Shown here in pieces: positions 53,973-58,951 of a stretch of 58,951 nucleotides of DNA. The translations under genes were made by a program, and so were the position numbers. Every line of letters starts with the position of its first letter. Within the stretch, counting starts at the first letter, position 1. Origin of the DNA: a virus (lineage: Duplodnaviria > Caudoviricetes); the IMG/VR virus record IMGVR_UViG_3300037313_001644, positions 1 through 58,951 of that record, one strand, 5' to 3'. The notes beneath the pieces were generated by a model, which saw only the letters and a program-made list of their open reading frames with translations, had not been told where the DNA came from and did not search any database.

Positions 53973-54259
53973 GCGAATGGCAGGTCGGTGATCTGGCCCT
54001 GTGCATCAAGTCCGGCACGGTGACCCGCGAGGGAGCGATCTACACCGTCACGGAGATTTGGCCGGTCGGTGCGCTCAGGTTTGGGTTCGTGCGCAACGTT
54101 GCAGATGTTCCGCTGCTGATCTTCGCCGAAGTTATCTGCGAGGATGGCGACGGATCCCACCCGAGCCGCTTCCGCAGAATCAGGCGCGACAGGCACGAGT
54201 CCTGCGAGCCTGAGTTCGTTGCCCTCCTGAAGAGCAGCAAGCCGAAGGTGAGCACATGA
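53969..54259 (+). CDS. Hypothetical protein
   Basis: WQVGDLALCI...G.IYTV...RFRRI. Confidence 0.7.
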   Translation: MSEWQVGDLALCIKSGTVTREGAIYTVTEIWPVGALRFGFVRNVADVPLLIFAEVICEDGDGSHPSRFRRIRRDRHESCEPEFVALLKSSKPKVST

Positions 54260-54750
54260 CAGCCTTCGAGCGAATGACAGCCGACCAGTATCGGCAATCG
54301 CAAGGCCTGCCACCGCGCGGCTCCAATCCGACGGTGTCGTTCCGCCGCGGCGAGCAGCTCGACCGTCATGGCGCGCTCGTCGCCGGCCCAGCGGGCAAGG
54401 CGCAGCATATGCTCGGGCGGCTGGGCGTCGGAATCATGAACAAGACCGAGGCCCGCTTCGAGCGCGAGGTCCTCGCCCCGGCGAAGGAGCGCGGCGAGAT
54501 CGCCTGGTATGGATTCGAGGCGGTCAAGTTCCGCATCGCCGCGAACCGCTGCTGGCTGACCATCGATTTCCTCGTCCTCTACGCCGACGGCCACTTCGAG
54601 GCGATCGACGTCAAGGGCGCCCGCGCCATCGTCGAGGAAGACGCCAAGGTGAAGATGAAGGTCGCCGCCGCGTCCTTCCCGATCCGCTTCCGATACGCCT
54701 TTCCCAGACCGCGCAAGCTCGGCGGCGGCTGGCTGATGCAGGAGGTTTGA
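54256..54750 (+). CDS. PD-(D/E)XK nuclease (DUF1064-like)
   Basis: MNKTEARF, IDF and IDVKG motifs. Confidence 0.75.
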   Translation: MTAFERMTADQYRQSQGLPPRGSNPTVSFRRGEQLDRHGALVAGPAGKAQHMLGRLGVGIMNKTEARFEREVLAPAKERGEIAWYGFEAVKFRIAANRCWLTIDFLVLYADGHFEAIDVKGARAIVEEDAKVKMKVAAASFPIRFRYAFPRPRKLGGGWLMQEV

Positions 54751-54751
54751 G

Positions 54752-55741
54752 ATGAACAGACTGGATCTTGCCCTCAATGGACTTGTCGTCGACGGCAGCA
54801 ACGCCGCGACCTTCAATGCCGCGATGCTGCTCAGCGGCCGCGAGCCGCCGCCCTTCTCCGCGCTGCTGGTCGACGCCGGCACGGGCGCGGGCAAGTCGGC
54901 GCTGCTGCAGATCGCCGAAGCCCATTACGAGGCCGAGTTCCCGTGCAGCCAGGCGCGCCGCATCCGCGCCAACGACCTCGCCTTCGTCCATCCCTCCGCC
55001 GACCCGTTCGGCGAGGACCTGGTGGGCGTGTCGCTGCTCCTGATCGACGACATCGATGTGCTCGTCGCCCGCCGCCGCATCGACTGCCTCTACGAGGTGC
55101 TCGACTACATGAGCCGCGACGGGCGGCGCGTCATCATGTCCACGACCGTGCCGGTCGGCGAGCTGCCCCTGACGGACTGGCGGGTGATGTCGCGGCTGTC
55201 GGCTGCGACCACCATGACGCTGCGCCCGCCGCCGCTCGAGACGCGCATCGCCATCATCCGCCGCAAGATGGAAGTCTGGCCGCTGCTCAGGCTCAGCGAT
55301 GCCTGCGTCCACGGCCTCGCCGAGCGCTTCGGCGGCAACGGCCATCACCTCGCCGCCGCCGTCAACCGCCTCGCCTGCGCCGCCGCGCACGACCGCGCCA
55401 TCACCCTAGACTTCATCAACAACGAGCTCGCCGACCTGATGCGCATGGCGCCGCGCGTGTCAATCACCCGCATCCAGGAGACCGTCGCCAAGTGCTTCCG
55501 CATCCCCGTGAGGGAGATGACCTCGGCGCGGCGCGCCCGCGAGGTCGCGCGGCCGCGGCAGGCGGCGATGTACCTGAGCAAGCAGCTGACGCCCAAGTCC
55601 CTGCCCGACATCGGGCGGCGGTTCGGCAATCGCGACCACACCACCGTCATCCACGCCATACGGCAGATCGAGAAAGTCCGCCTCGTCGATCCCGACTTCG
55701 AAGCACAGCTGACGGCGTGCGTACGCGAGCTGACGCATTGA
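54752..55741 (+). CDS. DnaA-like protein, domains III-IV only
   Basis: SNAAT, GTGAGKS, LLLIDDID, MSRL, PPLETRIAI, RPRQAAMYL and IGRRFGNRDHTTVIHA motifs. Confidence 0.9.
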   Translation: MNRLDLALNGLVVDGSNAATFNAAMLLSGREPPPFSALLVDAGTGAGKSALLQIAEAHYEAEFPCSQARRIRANDLAFVHPSADPFGEDLVGVSLLLIDDIDVLVARRRIDCLYEVLDYMSRDGRRVIMSTTVPVGELPLTDWRVMSRLSAATTMTLRPPPLETRIAIIRRKMEVWPLLRLSDACVHGLAERFGGNGHHLAAAVNRLACAAAHDRAITLDFINNELADLMRMAPRVSITRIQETVAKCFRIPVREMTSARRAREVARPRQAAMYLSKQLTPKSLPDIGRRFGNRDHTTVIHAIRQIEKVRLVDPDFEAQLTACVRELTH

Positions 55742-56697
55742 GCGTCAACATCCTCATAGGTGACTGCCGCGAACGGCTCCGCGAGCTGCCTGACGCGAGC
55801 GTGCATTGCTGCGTCACGAGCCCGCCCTACTTCGGCCTTCGCGACTATGGCGTGGATGGGCAGATGGGCCTTGAGCCGACGCCCGACGACTTCGTGGCTG
55901 GCATGGTCGAAGTGTTCCGCGAAGTGCGGCGCGTGCTGCGGGATGACGGAACACTATGGCTAAACCTTGGAGATAGCTACGCCCGTAACCCATCCAAGGG
56001 TGTGCGGTTCGCAGGCAAGAACGGCGCCGTCAATGACAGACAAACGGTGGAAGGCAATCGTGGGCCGCCGATTGCGCCAGGCTTCAAGGAAAAGGACAGG
56101 CTGATGATTCCGGCGCGAACCGCGCTGGCTCTTCAGGCTGATGGATGGTGGCTGCGTGACGAGATCATCTGGCACAAGCCGCGCACGACGCCACACCCCG
56201 TTATGGACCGCACCGTCTCCGCTCACGAGATGATTTACCTGCTCGCCAAGAGCAAACGCTACTATTTCGATTACCTCGCAATCGAGGAGCCATCCCAATA
56301 CGCCGGCGAGACGCGGCAGAAAAGCAAGGTGTTCCGACGGCTCACTGAGGCGCGGCTGAATACGAAGAACAGCGGTCAGACATTCGCGGCCGAGCGCGAC
56401 TTCACCGTCCGCGACACGCGCAGAAAACGCTCCGTGTGGTCGGTTAACCCATCGCCATACAAGGATGCTCATTTTGCCACTTATCCGCCAGACCTGATCG
56501 AGCCATGCATCCTGGCGGGATGCCCGAAAGGTGGCACGGTGCTCGACCCCTTTGGTGGCGCGGGGACGACAGGCCTCGTTTGCGAACGGCTCCAGCGCGA
56601 TGCCGTGATCATCGAACTCAATCCAGAATATGCTGCCATCGCCGAGAAGCGAATGCGCAGTGAATGCTCTCTGCTTGCGCAGGTGCGCGTCGCTTGA
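55738..56697 (+). CDS. Amino (N4C/N6A) DNA methyltransferase
   Basis: TSPPY, HFATYP and DPFGGAGTT motifs; TTG start coupled to the upstream stop. Confidence 0.92.
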   Translation: MSVNILIGDCRERLRELPDASVHCCVTSPPYFGLRDYGVDGQMGLEPTPDDFVAGMVEVFREVRRVLRDDGTLWLNLGDSYARNPSKGVRFAGKNGAVNDRQTVEGNRGPPIAPGFKEKDRLMIPARTALALQADGWWLRDEIIWHKPRTTPHPVMDRTVSAHEMIYLLAKSKRYYFDYLAIEEPSQYAGETRQKSKVFRRLTEARLNTKNSGQTFAAERDFTVRDTRRKRSVWSVNPSPYKDAHFATYPPDLIEPCILAGCPKGGTVLDPFGGAGTTGLVCERLQRDAVIIELNPEYAAIAEKRMRSECSLLAQVRVA

Positions 56698-57758
56698 GCA
56701 ACCATCTCACCTCGCTCGTGTACAAGCTCGACGTCGGCTCGCTGATGCGCAAGTCGACTCTCGTCCTGCTGGCGGACAAGGCGAGCGACGACGGCACAGG
56801 CATCTGGGCCAGCAAGCAGACCATGGCCGACGAACTGTGCTGCTCCAAGCAGGCCGTCATCAACACCCTCGAGGCGTTCGTGAACGAAGGCATCCTGATC
56901 AAGGAGGGCCAGCGCGACCACCTCAACGGCTACACGATCATGTACGCCCTCGACCTCGCCAAGCTGGAGGCGCTGCCGCGGGTGAAGCGCTGGGCCGGAG
57001 ACCAGTCAACGATGTTGACCAGTCAACGTGGTGGACCGGTCAAGCGGGATGACTCGGGGGGTCAACGCCGTTTACCCAAACCTTCCTCAACCCCATCTCC
57101 CCCTGCTGAAGCTGACGCTTCAGCGCCCCCCCAGGGTGGCCTGCCGCTCGATCTCAATGAGGAAAAACCGGAGGCAGAGACGCCGAAGCGCGGCTCCCGC
57201 ATCCCCGACGGCTGGACGCCGCCGCCGATCGAGACCCTGCCGGAACCGACGCAGGCCGTCGTCCGCCAGTGGCCGGCGGGGGCATATGCGTTCGTCGCGG
57301 TCGGCTTCGTCTCGCACTGGACGGCCGAGAGCGGGGCGCGGGCCTCGAAGAAGGACTGGGGCAAGGCATGGGTGAAATGGCTGCACGGCGAGGGCGCGAG
57401 GGTGATGTCCATGGCGCGCAGCGGCCTGAGGTTCGCCGATGCCACGGCCGCCGCCGCCGACCCCGCCGCGGTCGCCGAGATCGAACGGCTGCAGCGGAGC
57501 GAGAATGCCGATGTCGCGGCACTGCGCGGCCGGCTGCGGGCGGACCTCGGCGAGGCGGCGTATGACGGCTGGCTGAAGACGACGGCCATCGGCATCGATC
57601 ACGATGGCATCGCCCATTACGTCACCATCATCTGCCGCGACGCCTTCATCTGCGACTGGGTGCGGCAGCACTTCTTCCCGACGATCCGCGCCATGGCGTG
57701 CAAGGTGCTCGAGACCGCCGACGTCACCGTGCACTGCGAACCCGTGGGGGACCGCTGA
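56694..57758 (+). CDS. Replication initiator: N-terminal wHTH and C-terminal DnaA domain I
   Basis: LVLLADKASDDG...WAS..TMA; C-terminal LRADLGEAAYDGWL...AFICDWVRQHF. Confidence 0.85.
   Translation: MSNHLTSLVYKLDVGSLMRKSTLVLLADKASDDGTGIWASKQTMADELCCSKQAVINTLEAFVNEGILIKEGQRDHLNGYTIMYALDLAKLEALPRVKRWAGDQSTMLTSQRGGPVKRDDSGGQRRLPKPSSTPSPPAEADASAPPQGGLPLDLNEEKPEAETPKRGSRIPDGWTPPPIETLPEPTQAVVRQWPAGAYAFVAVGFVSHWTAESGARASKKDWGKAWVKWLHGEGARVMSMARSGLRFADATAAAADPAAVAEIERLQRSENADVAALRGRLRADLGEAAYDGWLKTTAIGIDHDGIAHYVTIICRDAFICDWVRQHFFPTIRAMACKVLETADVTVHCEPVGDR
57001..57075. repeat. Iterons, putative phage replication origin
   Basis: 17-bp periodic ACC(A/G)GTCAA(C/G) units at 57001, 57018 and 57035, plus a degenerate fourth. 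Confidence 0.7.
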
Positions 57759-57946
57759 TGTCCTCGCTGGCCCGCTTCGCGCATCTCGGCCACGAGCCCG
57801 ACCCCGGCGACGGCCGCAAGCTCGCGCGCGACGCCTGGCGCAACCACGGCCTGATCCTGCTCCGTCCCGAGTGGCTGCCCGGCTGGGCGGACCGGCAGCA
57901 GGCCGAGCTGCTCGCGGAGAAGGTCCATGGAAAACGGAGGGTGTAG
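57758..57946 (+). CDS. Small hypothetical protein
   Basis: TGATG coupling. Confidence 0.65.
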   Translation: MSSLARFAHLGHEPDPGDGRKLARDAWRNHGLILLRPEWLPGWADRQQAELLAEKVHGKRRV

Positions 57947-57948
57947 GC

Positions 57949-58797
57949 GTGCCTGGGGAGGGAAAGAAGCGCGAGCGCGTCAAGCGACCGGCGGGCTGGT
58001 ACAGCAAGGCCCAGCGCGAGGAGCGGCGGCGGGCGCGCCACGAGCGGCGGCAGGAACGCCTCGCCGAGCTCGCCGAGCGCAAGCAGCGCGCGGAGGCTGA
58101 GCGGGTGCGCCTCGAGCAGCAGCGCGAGCAATATGCCGGCGTCATCGCCAAAGCGGCGGCGGACAAGGTCGCCAACGCCCCGCGGCTGGTGCAGGGCATC
58201 GCCGCGCTGCCGGGCGAGAGCAACGCCCAGTACCAGGCGCGCGTCGATAGCCTGCGTCTCGCCGTGGGCCGCCACCGGATGCTCAAGCGCTGGGATCACA
58301 AGCACGAGGGCACGCCCGAGACGCATCGTCATGCTCGCAAGAGCGAGCTGGTTGCGAAACGAACCGGCCTGACGGGCATGTTCATGGCGGGGCAGCTGAC
58401 GGCGGACCAGCTCTACTGGGCAGCGGAGATCGCGGCCGTGGCAGAGTCGATCGAGCGCGATGTCGCGATCCGCTCTCCATCCTACGAGATGCCCGTCGAT
58501 TTTCCCGGCAGCGGGCGCGACAACATCATCGAGGGCATCATGCGGGTCCGCCGCGAGGTCGCCTACGGCTGGTGGCGGCAGCGGATCCCCGAGCCCAGGC
58601 GGGCGGTCCTCGACATGCTCGTCGGCGAGGCGATCAGCTTCTCCGCAGCGGCGCTGCGCTACCGCATGGGCAAGGCCCGCGCGCGCCGCCTGCTGCTCGA
58701 CGCGATCGACCTCTGGCCGGACGCGATGCGCCATGCGGAGGGCGAGGTCGACGATGCGAGCCTCGCTGCGGCGAGCGCCGGCATTCTTGGAGGGTGA
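57949..58797 (+). CDS. Putative late-gene activator/antiterminator (Q position)
   Basis: RBS GGAGG with GTG start; C-terminal HTH-like ISFSAAALRYRMGKARARRLL; last large gene before the late promoter. Confidence 0.6.
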   Translation: MPGEGKKRERVKRPAGWYSKAQREERRRARHERRQERLAELAERKQRAEAERVRLEQQREQYAGVIAKAAADKVANAPRLVQGIAALPGESNAQYQARVDSLRLAVGRHRMLKRWDHKHEGTPETHRHARKSELVAKRTGLTGMFMAGQLTADQLYWAAEIAAVAESIERDVAIRSPSYEMPVDFPGSGRDNIIEGIMRVRREVAYGWWRQRIPEPRRAVLDMLVGEAISFSAAALRYRMGKARARRLLLDAIDLWPDAMRHAEGEVDDASLAAASAGILGG

Positions 58798-58800
58798 ACC

Positions 58801-58914
58801 ATGAGCCTCCTTCATCCCCAAGGTGCAGAGGAGCGCATGGCAATCGTGCCGCTCATTGGATGCCTAGTGCCGCTGGTGCTGGTTGCGGCCCTCGCGGTCT
58901 GGCTGCTCGCGTGA
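58801..58914 (+). CDS. Small hydrophobic peptide with two in-frame starts (37 aa and 25 aa)
   Basis: ATG 58801 (RBS GGAGG) and ATG 58837 (RBS GAGGAG); MAIVPLIGCLVPLVLVAALAVWLLA; same sequence as 13-90. Confidence 0.55.
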   Translation: MSLLHPQGAEERMAIVPLIGCLVPLVLVAALAVWLLA

Positions 58915-58951
58915 AGCGACTGTCGTCAGCCGATGGCGCAATTGCGCCGAA
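58825..58951. repeat. Exact terminal duplication (copy 2)
   Basis: Identical to 1-127. Confidence 0.95.

Noticed and set aside
58825-58951. 127-bp terminal repeat as a biological direct terminal repeat
   Set aside because: The length equals a standard assembler k-mer, it cuts through an ORF, and the gpA-type terminase implies cos ends

Overview
The window is a complete, circularly assembled temperate siphovirus genome of about 58.8 kb. Bases 1-127 are repeated exactly at 58825-58951, which looks like a k=127 assembler overlap. The host is probably an alphaproteobacterium, possibly a sphingomonad; this is inferred from the GapR- and GcrA-like genes, GANTC usage and high GC. The modules are: (1) a lambda-type head and tail late operon (0.4-31.4 kb, +) with accessory inserts and a lysis cassette inside the tail genes; (2) a leftward early block (31.7-39.6 kb) in which five genes share an identical 17-20 nt leader; (3) a lambda-like cos candidate at about 39.8 kb, far from terS, next to a variant initiator tRNA; (4) a leftward block (40.2-49.9 kb) with DNA-modification-type genes, a large serine integrase containing its own attP, and a beta clamp; (5) an immunity switch at 50.2-51.0 kb; (6) a rightward replication block. 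The most unusual signals are a DnaA apparently split in two (domain I fused to the phage initiator, and domains III-IV standing alone with an R334H-like change), a membrane-anchored PAS protein in the holin position, the repeated leader and GANTC island at the predicted first-injected end, and a C5 methyltransferase encoded in two overlapping frames. All family calls are by-eye motif recognition; no database searches were run.
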